Shown here in pieces: positions 39,862-48,839 of a stretch of 64,000 nucleotides of DNA. Location: IMG/VR virus record IMGVR_UViG_3300028048_003124; one strand, given 5' to 3'. The notes beneath the pieces were generated by a model. The model worked only from the letters and a program-made list of their open reading frames with translations, was not told where the DNA came from and made no database searches. The translations under genes were made by a program, and so were the position numbers. This DNA comes from a virus. Its lineage: Duplodnaviria; Caudoviricetes. Position 1 is the stretch's first letter; each line of letters begins with the position of its first letter.

Positions 39862-42039
39862 ATGCAGAACGAAATTTATAATGGCGTTTCTGATGGTTTT
39901 AGCTTCTTAGTAGATGGGTATATGGATTACTCTAAAGAGGTAATAGCGAGACGTGCTATTCCTGATCTAAGAGATGGATTAAAACCTGTTCAGCGCAGAA
40001 TTATGTATGCAGCCAAGTTGGCTGATAAAGGTATGATGCAAAAGTGTGCAACCTTTGTTGCTGACTCTATGAAACTTCACCCGCACGGCGACTCCTCTGT
40101 GTATGGTGCTTTTGTTCTTATGACAGATGTTAACGGTTCATGGAACGTACCTGTTATTAAAGGTATGGGTAATCTTGGTAAGGTTTATTCTAAGAACCCT
40201 CCTGCAGCATATCGTTATCCTAAGGCTATGCTTCACGAGAACGCCAAGGAATATTTCAAGGAAAAAGACGTTTTTGACCTAGTCCAATCCGAAGAGGGTG
40301 ATGGTGTAGAGCCCGTCGTTCTGTACCCATCATACCCATCAGTTCTTGTAAACGGAACAGCAGGTATTGCAGTATCAGTTGGTACAAGAATTCCGTCATT
40401 CAATTTCATAGATGTCCTCGAGATGACTAAAAAGTTCATCCAACAGGGAAAATTAGATCCTGTTAAGGATATCATCTATCCTGATTTTCCGACAGGCGGT
40501 ATTCTCGTAAAGACTGATTCTGAGGTTGCTAAGATTATGGCAACTGGTATCGGTAAACTGAAAATCAGAGCGAAGGTAGAGATTAACGGTAACGAGATCA
40601 TAGTAAAGGAAGTACCCTACGGTAAAACAGTAGAGGGTATCGTAGAGCAGATTGAGTCCTCTGATATGAGGGAGATCAAGTCTGTTATGAATCTAACGGG
40701 TAATAACTCAGTCGGAAAGGTAGTTATCCAGTGTAGAAGCAAGAGGGTAGTTGAATGGGTACTCCTTGAGTTATACAGAAGAAATATCCTGCAAAATTAT
40801 TATGCAAGTAATATTCTTGTAATCAATGATGGTAAGCCCTATATTTACGGTGTTCATAAGATCGTAGAAGAATGGGTAAAGTTTAGAAGAAATGTAATAA
40901 TTAAAAAGTTCAATCATGAACTGGATGGGCTTTCTTCCGAACTATTAACTCTTGATTACTTTATTCGTTTAATCTCAAACACTGAGTGGAAAGATACTTA
41001 CGTTCAGAAAGCAACTAAGGTATCTAAGAAAGATGCGGATGTCTATCTTCATGAGATTTTTGATGATATTCCTCAGGATGTTTGTGATTGGATTAATGGT
41101 CGTGCGATTAGTGCTTTTAATAACGGCGGTCGGTATATGAACAGATATAACGACTTATCGGAGTATAAAAAGTATTGTGAAGATATGCACAATAATCCTG
41201 ATAAGTATATTTTAAATGAGCTCGACGAGCTTATATCAAAAAACAAGTCTTTACATCCTCGTAAGACCTTTATTTCTAACACTGATTACAAGTTTAGTAA
41301 GATCGTAGAAGCAGAGGGTATTGAGGACGATTCGCCTTGTGTATATACGCTAACTACTGATGGATTCCTATTTAAGACACGTGATGTGCCGAACATTAAC
41401 TCAAGCATCATGAACCAGTTTAAAGGTCAGGCAAACAGTGTACTTGTGGGATTTGATAAGTTTGGTCGTGTTTTACGATTAAGCGGATCTGAGGTAGCAT
41501 ATACTGCACCTGGCTCTAATGGATTGTATCTGCCGAAGGTATTTGATGCTTCTTTCCAAGAGGATTATCGCATCCTCTATATGGGTTTGTGTGATGGTAC
41601 TAAGCGTATGCTTGTTTATAGAGATGGCTTCATCGGCTTTTTGGATACATCAGAATGGGTAGGGAAGAAAGTCGTTAAGGTTATCTCCAAGGGTGTATGC
41701 TTGGCTGTTATGGATAAATTGCTTGAAGTATATGAGGAGGAAGATATTCCTCAGTGCTTGCTTCTTGCAGATGATTCTGGAAAGAAGATTAAGTTAGGTG
41801 TACTTCATTCAAACGAGATCCCAGTTAGGGGTAGAACCAGTAGGGCGAAGGTGTTTAATGGTAAAAACATTGACACTAAGTATATTAAGGGTTGTTCGTA
41901 TTTTGAGTTAGCAACTTATTTAAAGAATCCTGATAGGTACTACAATAAGTTAACAAAGATCGAGGAAGATGCTTTTATTGGTGACATCGAAGAGATGGCA
42001 GATGGTAAGTATCTTGAGTTCTGCACAGACTTAGAATAA
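39862..42039 (+). CDS. gyrA: Type IIA topoisomerase subunit A (GyrA/ParC family)
   Basis: RAIPDLRDGLKPVQRRI, HPHGDS, catalytic AAYRY, LVNGTAGIAV, PDFPTGG. No canonical GyrA-box seen. Confidence 0.93.
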   Translation: MQNEIYNGVSDGFSFLVDGYMDYSKEVIARRAIPDLRDGLKPVQRRIMYAAKLADKGMMQKCATFVADSMKLHPHGDSSVYGAFVLMTDVNGSWNVPVIKGMGNLGKVYSKNPPAAYRYPKAMLHENAKEYFKEKDVFDLVQSEEGDGVEPVVLYPSYPSVLVNGTAGIAVSVGTRIPSFNFIDVLEMTKKFIQQGKLDPVKDIIYPDFPTGGILVKTDSEVAKIMATGIGKLKIRAKVEINGNEIIVKEVPYGKTVEGIVEQIESSDMREIKSVMNLTGNNSVGKVVIQCRSKRVVEWVLLELYRRNILQNYYASNILVINDGKPYIYGVHKIVEEWVKFRRNVIIKKFNHELDGLSSELLTLDYFIRLISNTEWKDTYVQKATKVSKKDADVYLHEIFDDIPQDVCDWINGRAISAFNNGGRYMNRYNDLSEYKKYCEDMHNNPDKYILNELDELISKNKSLHPRKTFISNTDYKFSKIVEAEGIEDDSPCVYTLTTDGFLFKTRDVPNINSSIMNQFKGQANSVLVGFDKFGRVLRLSGSEVAYTAPGSNGLYLPKVFDASFQEDYRILYMGLCDGTKRMLVYRDGFIGFLDTSEWVGKKVVKVISKGVCLAVMDKLLEVYEEEDIPQCLLLADDSGKKIKLGVLHSNEIPVRGRTSRAKVFNGKNIDTKYIKGCSYFELATYLKNPDRYYNKLTKIEEDAFIGDIEEMADGKYLEFCTDLE

Positions 42040-42055
42040 GAAAGGGGTAGATATA

Positions 42056-43720
42056 GTGGCAACTGATGATAAAAACATCTATGAAGAAATGGATGAAGTA
42101 TCTTCAACCACTATACCTGCCGATTCTGATACCGACGAAGTTGAAGCCATAATTGAAAATGAAGATAGTCCAGTTTTGGATGTATCTGGAGTAGATTTGG
42201 GAGACTTTCAGGTAGACGAGTCGGAAGATAATGATGACGATGTAATCTCATCTGAGGAGCGGCTTAGACTGTTCTCAGATGAGATTTTATCCAGTTGTAT
42301 TCAGGGTAAATCTATTTCTCGCTATGCTTTAGAGAAGCTATTGTCTATTACAAATCCTAGGCTTTTTAGGGATGAGAATTATATTCTGTTCTCTATATAC
42401 TTCTTCTATAGGAGTAAGCTAAAGCTTATAACTATTGATTCGGAGTTTATCAAACTGTTTTTAACAAGAAATAGAAAGCTCTTAAAGAGGTCTAGAGGGT
42501 ACATAGATATCAATGCTTATGGCGAGGTCGATGGCTCTAACGAACTAGGGTATATTTCTGGAGTTATAAAGCATTTCAATAGGCTTAAGGCTATGCCAGA
42601 AATATCTGTAGATGAGTTTGAGACCTATTTTGAAAAATACCTTATAGAGTTCAAAGCAATTGAAGCAGCAAAGGTATATCGGCAGTGTCAACAGATATTA
42701 ACTGACGGGCTGAAGATAGGTCGCAAGACTTATGTAGGTTTTGAAGATAGTCAAAGCTATTGTAAAAAGTGCCTTGCTGAGATAGAAGGTCTTGTGGATA
42801 CCAACATGGGTACTGGTTTTGTCAAAATGTCGGAGGTACTTTTAGACGAGAAGCCTGATAACAAAAAGCCTGTTAAAATAGGCGATTTTGGGCGTATTGC
42901 TCCGTTAAACGAAGCATACGGGGGTATATATACAGGAATGTTTTATTCCTTTATAGCACCTCCAAAATCGGGCAAATCGAAGCTATCTGCACGTATTTGT
43001 CATAACGTAGCTGTTGTAGCAGGAAACAATGTGACGGTATGGGCACAGGAGGGTGGTCATGAGATGTGGACAGCCCAGATGAGGGCTATACATTTTGACT
43101 ACATTTATAATACTGGTGTTGATGTTGTTAGCAGAAAGTTCGGTGTAACACAGGAAGTGATTATGCACGATTCTTTCAAATCTGATGAATTAAGGCAGTT
43201 AGAGCTGTCTAGTAAGTTAGACCTTGCTACAAATCAAGATTATGGAAGTATCGACTACATAGATAGACCTTTCAACGTCGAGACTTTTATAGAGGATATA
43301 GACACCTCGGTAAAAGAAAACAATAGTAAGTTGGTTATTATTGACTATTTACAGTTGATAGGTTCAGCCAACGGGGTATCTGAAAGAGAAAGAATTGCTA
43401 ATGCTTATAAAGAACTATTAAAGTATTGTAAGCAGAGTAATGTTGCCGTGATAAGTCCTGCACAGTTCAAGCAGGAGTCTTTTAACGATCTTATAAGCAA
43501 GAAAACCGTGGACGGAAGTGATCTGCGTACAGCAGCAGGTGGTTCATCAGAGGTATTAAGAACACCTGATATTCTATTTGCATTGTGGGCAAGTGTTACA
43601 GACTTGCAGAACAATAGTATGAAGATTATTTCTCTCCCATCTCGTATGAACAAAACTTTCCCGAATATAGATATGAGGATTGATTTAGCGACGTGTCAAT
43701 TCATATCTGTAGATGGGTAA
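42056..43720 (+). CDS. dnaB: DnaB-like SF4 replicative helicase
   Basis: FIAPPKSGKS, AQE, LVIIDYLQLI, VISPAQ; acidic N-terminal extension. Confidence 0.8.
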   Translation: MATDDKNIYEEMDEVSSTTIPADSDTDEVEAIIENEDSPVLDVSGVDLGDFQVDESEDNDDDVISSEERLRLFSDEILSSCIQGKSISRYALEKLLSITNPRLFRDENYILFSIYFFYRSKLKLITIDSEFIKLFLTRNRKLLKRSRGYIDINAYGEVDGSNELGYISGVIKHFNRLKAMPEISVDEFETYFEKYLIEFKAIEAAKVYRQCQQILTDGLKIGRKTYVGFEDSQSYCKKCLAEIEGLVDTNMGTGFVKMSEVLLDEKPDNKKPVKIGDFGRIAPLNEAYGGIYTGMFYSFIAPPKSGKSKLSARICHNVAVVAGNNVTVWAQEGGHEMWTAQMRAIHFDYIYNTGVDVVSRKFGVTQEVIMHDSFKSDELRQLELSSKLDLATNQDYGSIDYIDRPFNVETFIEDIDTSVKENNSKLVIIDYLQLIGSANGVSERERIANAYKELLKYCKQSNVAVISPAQFKQESFNDLISKKTVDGSDLRTAAGGSSEVLRTPDILFALWASVTDLQNNSMKIISLPSRMNKTFPNIDMRIDLATCQFISVDG

Positions 43721-43733
43721 TATTCAGTTAACG

Positions 43734-43778
43734 AAATGCCGTTTAACTTTGATTATTAAAAGTTAAACGGCATTTTTT
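43734..43778 (+). terminator. Rho-independent terminator
   Basis: 17-bp perfect inverted repeat AAATGCCGTTTAACTTT/AAAGTTAAACGGCATTT ending in a T run. Confidence 0.9.
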
Positions 43779-43818
43779 ATATTTATATTTATATAGCCAT
43801 CAAGGGGGTTGCTCGTAA

Positions 43819-44358
43819 ATGTTTAATAAACAAGCAATAAAGATTATAGTTATTATAGCAATATTTCTTTTAGTATGTGTTGGTGTGTTTTTTATCTCTA
43901 AGAGTATTGTATATCATACCAGTACAAAGGACGCTTTAAGGACTGTTGTGGAATTACCAACAGAGAAAGAAATCTCAAGGGTAGATATTGTAAATAATAC
44001 TAGTCTCAAGGATGTAAAAGACTATTGGGGTAGTAAGATTTCAATAGAAAGTGATAAAGATGTTATATATGATGTAGCAAGTAAGTATTCAGTTATGTTA
44101 TTAAGTTGTAATGAATCTCCTTATAAAGAAATAGGAGATAGTTATGATATATATGAGAAAGACAGTTCTATAGTTGTAGCAATAGATTGCGGTAGTTATG
44201 GAAAGATAGAGGTAATGTGTTCTACATACTCTGGAGTACCTATGGGTTTTGTAAGGAATGGTAGTTTTTCAGATGATGAATTGGATTTCATCAGCCTATA
44301 CTTGGGTAATAAGGCTATAGTAAAGAAGTTAGACGGTGATGTTTATGGTGCATGGTAA
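43819..44358 (+). CDS. Membrane-anchored protein, partner of the downstream lysozyme (paralog of 45556..46086)
   Basis: N-terminal TM; shares SPY, YD.Y and V.CS....P..F.....FS..E..F with 45556..46086. Confidence 0.7.
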   Translation: MFNKQAIKIIVIIAIFLLVCVGVFFISKSIVYHTSTKDALRTVVELPTEKEISRVDIVNNTSLKDVKDYWGSKISIESDKDVIYDVASKYSVMLLSCNESPYKEIGDSYDIYEKDSSIVVAIDCGSYGKIEVMCSTYSGVPMGFVRNGSFSDDELDFISLYLGNKAIVKKLDGDVYGAW

Positions 44359-45538
44359 ATGTTTAAAAGCGGCATGTATAATGTTATTTCTAATGATATT
44401 GTTTGTACTTTTAATTACTCAAGTAGGCGCTATGAATTTATATTGTGCAGGTAATACATATACAGGTAAATACGATTTATCGAAGCCCCACGAGGTAAAT
44501 GTTCACTCAGATGAGGAGACAAGGAACAATAATATGAAGGCATGGTACCAACAGATGCTAGCATGGGGTTACACAGAAGAAGGGGCAGCTGCTGTGTTAG
44601 GAAACTGCGCCAGAGAGTGTGGTTTCGGTGAAGCTGATATAACGCAAGGTGGCGTAGATTGGGAAGACTTTGTTTATGGAGGAACAGGTCTGGGTATGTG
44701 CCAGTGGACTTTTTATGCTCGTCAAGACTTGCTTTTTGATACTGCATATGATATGGGTAAACAGTGGACGGACTTGGGGGTACAATTAGTAGTTTTTGAT
44801 AAGGAGTTTAATGGTAGCTCAACTGTAGAGGAGTTTAAAACATCTCATGATTTATATGCTTTAACTGTACGCTTTTGTGATGACTATGAAAACCCTAAGA
44901 ATGATGATGGTTCAGAGTACCCAAGAAGATATGAATACGCCCAACAGTATTTAGATATGTGTAAGGGTTTAAAGGCTAAGGATTATGATGGAGTATTTGA
45001 TACATCAAGTACATCATCAAGTGAAGGAAAAGCAGATACATCAATAGGCATACTAAGTGAATGGGAGTTAACGGGTATGCCTGTTAAAAGTGGGTTAACT
45101 GCTAATATCGGGACTTTGGAATTAGGGGATAGAAGTAGCTTAAACGCAACTGATATGGTAAATATAGCATCAATAGGTGACGATATATCTTTGACAAAAA
45201 CTTATAACGCATGGACAACGGTTAGGGTAATTATAGTGTTTGTAGGTTTATTGATGTTGATTTATGCCTTGATGCTTATGTTAGCATTGTTTGTAGACAA
45301 ATTTAACAATATATTTGATTTTTCTATGATAGGTATAATTACTTTTGGTGCTATTCATTTTTCTGATGATAAGTATTCTAGCAATGGAGAAGAAGATGTG
45401 GTAAGAACAACAGATACAAAAAGAATGGTGATATTGATAATTGCAATAGCACTGATAGGTGGTATATTGGTGTCTGGCGGTGTTTTGCCTTTCATATTAA
45501 GGGCTGTATACAAAGTAACCAGTGCAATAACTGGGTAA
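44336..45538 (+). CDS. Phage-tail-lysozyme-like muramidase with C-terminal two-TM module
   Basis: AAAVLGNCARECG, GLGMCQWT, WTDLGVQL, YENP; SEWELTGMPVKS. Confidence 0.8.
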   Translation: MMFMVHGKCLKAACIMLFLMILFVLLITQVGAMNLYCAGNTYTGKYDLSKPHEVNVHSDEETRNNNMKAWYQQMLAWGYTEEGAAAVLGNCARECGFGEADITQGGVDWEDFVYGGTGLGMCQWTFYARQDLLFDTAYDMGKQWTDLGVQLVVFDKEFNGSSTVEEFKTSHDLYALTVRFCDDYENPKNDDGSEYPRRYEYAQQYLDMCKGLKAKDYDGVFDTSSTSSSEGKADTSIGILSEWELTGMPVKSGLTANIGTLELGDRSSLNATDMVNIASIGDDISLTKTYNAWTTVRVIIVFVGLLMLIYALMLMLALFVDKFNNIFDFSMIGIITFGAIHFSDDKYSSNGEEDVVRTTDTKRMVILIIAIALIGGILVSGGVLPFILRAVYKVTSAITG

Positions 45539-45555
45539 TTTTAAGGGGTGTTATT

Positions 45556-46086
45556 ATGGATGAAAAAAGGAAGAAAATACTAATAAAGGTGGGATTAGCT
45601 CTGATACTCATAGCCTTAATAGGCTTGGTAGCAAATGCAATAACACGCAGTGTAATGGAAAGGAGTTATTCTACATCAAAAGAGTTTCGTGATGATGCTG
45701 TCGAAGATGTAAAGGTAGTTAATGGTAAGGATAAGGATGAGGTTCTTGCAAAAATAAATAGTGGAGTTTATGGAGAAATAGATGATATAGGAAAGGCTTG
45801 TGAGGAGAATACGCTAAGCTTTTTATCAATAGTAGGATCGCCGTACTTAAAGTATATAGCGGATTGTACTTATGACGTGTATAAAATAAAAGCAGGGTAT
45901 GCTATAAAAATATCATTTAGTGAAGGTAATGAGTTGAAGGTACTATGTTCCGATACAACTGCCATCCCTGTTAACTTTATAAAAGAAAAAGAGTTCTCCG
46001 AGGAAGAGAAAAAGTTCTTCCATAGTATAGGAAAATGTTGGGAGGTGCCTTTACCTGATGGTACATACTCAATCCAATATAGGTAA
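45556..46086 (+). CDS. Membrane-anchored protein, partner of the downstream lysozyme
   Basis: Paralog of 43819..44358; overlaps the next gene. Confidence 0.7.
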   Translation: MDEKRKKILIKVGLALILIALIGLVANAITRSVMERSYSTSKEFRDDAVEDVKVVNGKDKDEVLAKINSGVYGEIDDIGKACEENTLSFLSIVGSPYLKYIADCTYDVYKIKAGYAIKISFSEGNELKVLCSDTTAIPVNFIKEKEFSEEEKKFFHSIGKCWEVPLPDGTYSIQYR

Positions 46087-47278
46087 TATATCAAAAAGGG
46101 TATTATCTTTTATACTTGTATTTTTAATAATAGGTATAATGACTGCCCAATACTGTAGTGTCGGTGCTGTAAATAAAGGCTCTTATAGTGGTAAGTATGA
46201 TTTAGATGCTCCTCATGTTGTAAATATGCAATACAATCCATATACAAATACATACGATGAGGCTAAATGTGATGCGAACTTAGCAGCTTGTTATCAACAG
46301 TTTTTAGCGTGGGGTTTAACAAAGAATGCAGCTATAGCCATAGTTGGTAACTTTAGGGCAGAAGGTTGCGGTGGTACAGATACAACGGAGGGTTGGTCTG
46401 ACTGGGATGATTTTACATTCGGCTCAACGGGTATAGGCTTGATGGGCTTTACTTGGTGGGAATTACAGGAATTGCTATTCGATAATGCCTATGATATGGG
46501 TGTACAGTGGATGGATGTTGGAGCACAGTTAAAAACAATAAAAGATTATTATTTCCCCTTAAAGGATATGTACTATGAAGAAGGGTACAGTATAGATGAG
46601 TTAGCGGCTGATTTTTGTATAGCTTATGAGAGACCTGCGGTTAACAACACATCAGATAGAGCTAGTTATGCCCTCCAGTATTTTGATAAATTTAAAGACC
46701 TACCAGCAAAGGACTATGATGGTTCATTAGCAGATTATTCCGCAAATGGTAAAACTACAGAAAGCGGTACATTGACTGGCGATGGTTCAACAGAGTGGGA
46801 CTTAGTGGGTATGCCTGCAAAAAGTAACTTAACTGCAGAGGCAGCATTAGGTGATGTGAAGTTTGTCACTGTAGATAATATAGAAGATGTAACGCAAAGG
46901 TATAGTGTTGCGGTTATAAAAGAAGATATAGAATCTCTCAAGAGCTTTAATGCATGGACAACTGCTAGGACTATTGTTGTCTTTTTCGGTTTATTGTTGC
47001 TAATATATTCATTATTGTTATTGTTGGCTATGCTTTTTGATAAGCTAAACAATATAATAGATATATCCCTAGTAGGGGTACTTACCTTTGGGTTAATAAA
47101 GTTTTCAGATGATAAAGAGATTGGTGAAGAAAGTGAGGCGAAGGGCAATTTTATAAATACAAGGAAGATGGTTATAGTGATAATTGTTATTGCTTTTGTA
47201 GGCGGTGTTTTAGTAGCCGGAGGTGTAGTACCTTTCATAATGAAGAGCGTATATAAAATCACCAACGGGCTAAGTTAG
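46058..47278 (+). CDS. Phage-tail-lysozyme-like muramidase with C-terminal two-TM module
   Basis: AIAIVGNFRAEG, GIGLMGFT, WMDVGAQL, YERP; TEWDLVGMPAKS. Confidence 0.78.
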   Translation: MVHTQSNIGNISKRVLSFILVFLIIGIMTAQYCSVGAVNKGSYSGKYDLDAPHVVNMQYNPYTNTYDEAKCDANLAACYQQFLAWGLTKNAAIAIVGNFRAEGCGGTDTTEGWSDWDDFTFGSTGIGLMGFTWWELQELLFDNAYDMGVQWMDVGAQLKTIKDYYFPLKDMYYEEGYSIDELAADFCIAYERPAVNNTSDRASYALQYFDKFKDLPAKDYDGSLADYSANGKTTESGTLTGDGSTEWDLVGMPAKSNLTAEAALGDVKFVTVDNIEDVTQRYSVAVIKEDIESLKSFNAWTTARTIVVFFGLLLLIYSLLLLLAMLFDKLNNIIDISLVGVLTFGLIKFSDDKEIGEESEAKGNFINTRKMVIVIIVIAFVGGVLVAGGVVPFIMKSVYKITNGLS

Positions 47279-47383
47279 TATTACAGAAGTCAGGTTATTT
47301 TTTGTGATATGAGACCCTAGATGGGTAACTTATATAAATATCTATGTAGGTTAAAATTATTTTATTTTTGGAGGAGATATATT

Positions 47384-48019
47384 ATGCCAAATAATGAAGC
47401 GTTAATGGCAGCAGCTCAACAGTTTGCAAACAATCTGAGTAAGTATCCTGAAGAGGAGCAGATGGCGGTTTCTTTAATTTCAAAGAACGTGCTTAATGGA
47501 TGCTCTTGGGAGCTCACTAGAAACAATGGTGATATCAGAAAGATGAGAGACAGTTTCCTCAGCAATCCCAATACTGACATCAAGGAGATTACCTATAGTC
47601 ACAGCAAGAAGATTACAGGTTTTCTGGTATATATGAAGCTTGATAGATTGATTGGTATTCTCCAGAAGGAAGCTCTGGGGGTATTCGATAAGAAGGCTCT
47701 CGATGGCGCAATGAACCATAGAAGAGAAGCTGTAGCTTCGTGTGCAAAGTTAATGGATAAGGGTTACAAGGGAAGAATTGGTATGTTCTGCACTAATGAT
47801 TCCAAGACAATCACTGTAGATGGTCGTTCTTATCCTGCATTTGCCCTTACTCTTGACGAGTTGTGTTCCATTTGTGCAAACAAGGGATATGGTTTTGCGG
47901 TAGGAAGTACTGTTAGAACTCCTGACGAGGTTAGAGCCCATTTGGATGCGGTACTCAAGGCTTGTATCGTTGCACCGAGTAGTAATGCTGTTTTCATTGA
48001 TATCGCTCCGATGAGATGA
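47384..48019 (+). CDS. Hypothetical protein
   Basis: Strong RBS GGAGGAG before ATG 47384 (track start 47321); has its own terminator. Confidence 0.75.
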   Translation: MPNNEALMAAAQQFANNLSKYPEEEQMAVSLISKNVLNGCSWELTRNNGDIRKMRDSFLSNPNTDIKEITYSHSKKITGFLVYMKLDRLIGILQKEALGVFDKKALDGAMNHRREAVASCAKLMDKGYKGRIGMFCTNDSKTITVDGRSYPAFALTLDELCSICANKGYGFAVGSTVRTPDEVRAHLDAVLKACIVAPSSNAVFIDIAPMR

Positions 48020-48031
48020 TTATTACCTATG

Positions 48032-48065
48032 ATAAGCCATCACTATATGTGATGGCTTATTTTTT
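48032..48065 (+). terminator. Rho-independent terminator
   Basis: ATAAGCCATCAC-TATAT-GTGATGGCTTAT followed by a T run. Confidence 0.9.
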
Positions 48066-48086
48066 ATTTGTTATAAATTTAAGGGG

Positions 48087-48614
48087 TTGTATTTGTACAT
48101 GGAGAAAACTACTTTAAGTACATATTTTTCTATAGTAGAGTACTATAAAAAGGTTGTACAGCCGTTAAATCCTGCTCACTACAGAATAAAATCAGATAAA
48201 ATGATGGTATGTCCTCTTCACGATGATGTAAACCCATCAATGGGTATAATTCTGAATGGAAAAGGTGAGGAATTATACCATTGCTTTGGTTGCAATAGAT
48301 GGGGTAATATTGTAGAGTTGCATAAAGCTGTAAGCAGAAGATTATTCAAAAAGTATTTATCTGATGATGAGGCTCTAAAAGACTTATGTAGGGTATTTAA
48401 TGTTGACTATGTTTTAGTTTCTGATAGCATACAAGAGTCTGAAAAGGATGAAGATATTCGTCAAGAGGTTGCTATACGTGAAGCGATGGATCGCTTTGAT
48501 ATTGCCGATTATCAGAGGATGTTTACGGAGGGTAAACTGAAGAAAAAACCCATTGCGTATTTTAATACGCTAACTATGATGATGATAGCTGAGATGAAGG
48601 AGTCCGAGTCTTGA
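48087..48614 (+). CDS. Stand-alone primase-type CHC2 zinc-finger protein
   Basis: CPLHDDVNPSM...YHCFGC...GNI; 175 aa; no TOPRIM domain. Confidence 0.8.
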   Translation: MYLYMEKTTLSTYFSIVEYYKKVVQPLNPAHYRIKSDKMMVCPLHDDVNPSMGIILNGKGEELYHCFGCNRWGNIVELHKAVSRRLFKKYLSDDEALKDLCRVFNVDYVLVSDSIQESEKDEDIRQEVAIREAMDRFDIADYQRMFTEGKLKKKPIAYFNTLTMMMIAEMKESES

Positions 48615-48832
48615 ATATAAACATTAAAAAGTACAGGTTAAACAATAATTACTTTATAAAGTGTTCAGAAGTCAAAATAAAGAGTGGTAGCTCTTTGTAC
48701 GCAGTTGAGGTTTTCTGTCATGGAGAAGTAGTAGACGGAAGGTCTGGGATTGCTTGAAAAGATATAGCAAATGATGTGTTTTGTAGGTTAAGGGATAAAT
48801 ACATACACAAGATAAATATTGGTGTAGCGTAA
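48611..48832 (+). pseudogene. Small 73-codon ORF interrupted by an in-frame TGA (or a 48-aa gene)
   Basis: RBS AAGGAG; TTG start overlaps the upstream stop; TGA at 48755-48757; frame continues to TAA 48830-48832 and fills the gap. Confidence 0.4.
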
Positions 48833-48839
48833 TTTATAG

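Noticed and set aside
44336-47278. Prophage or tail module, suggested by phage-tail-type lysozymes
   Set aside because: Both have signal peptides and membrane anchors, and no structural phage genes are nearby. This lysozyme family also occurs in conjugative elements.
24824-48757. TGA recoding, suggested by in-frame TGAs at 28915 and 48755 and by 23690..24826 being in frame with the next ORF
   Set aside because: TGA ends 23690..24826 where its paralogs end and before a terminator. Many other genes stop at TGA, Trp uses TGG, and the 28915 TGA lies in a gene that also has frameshifts.
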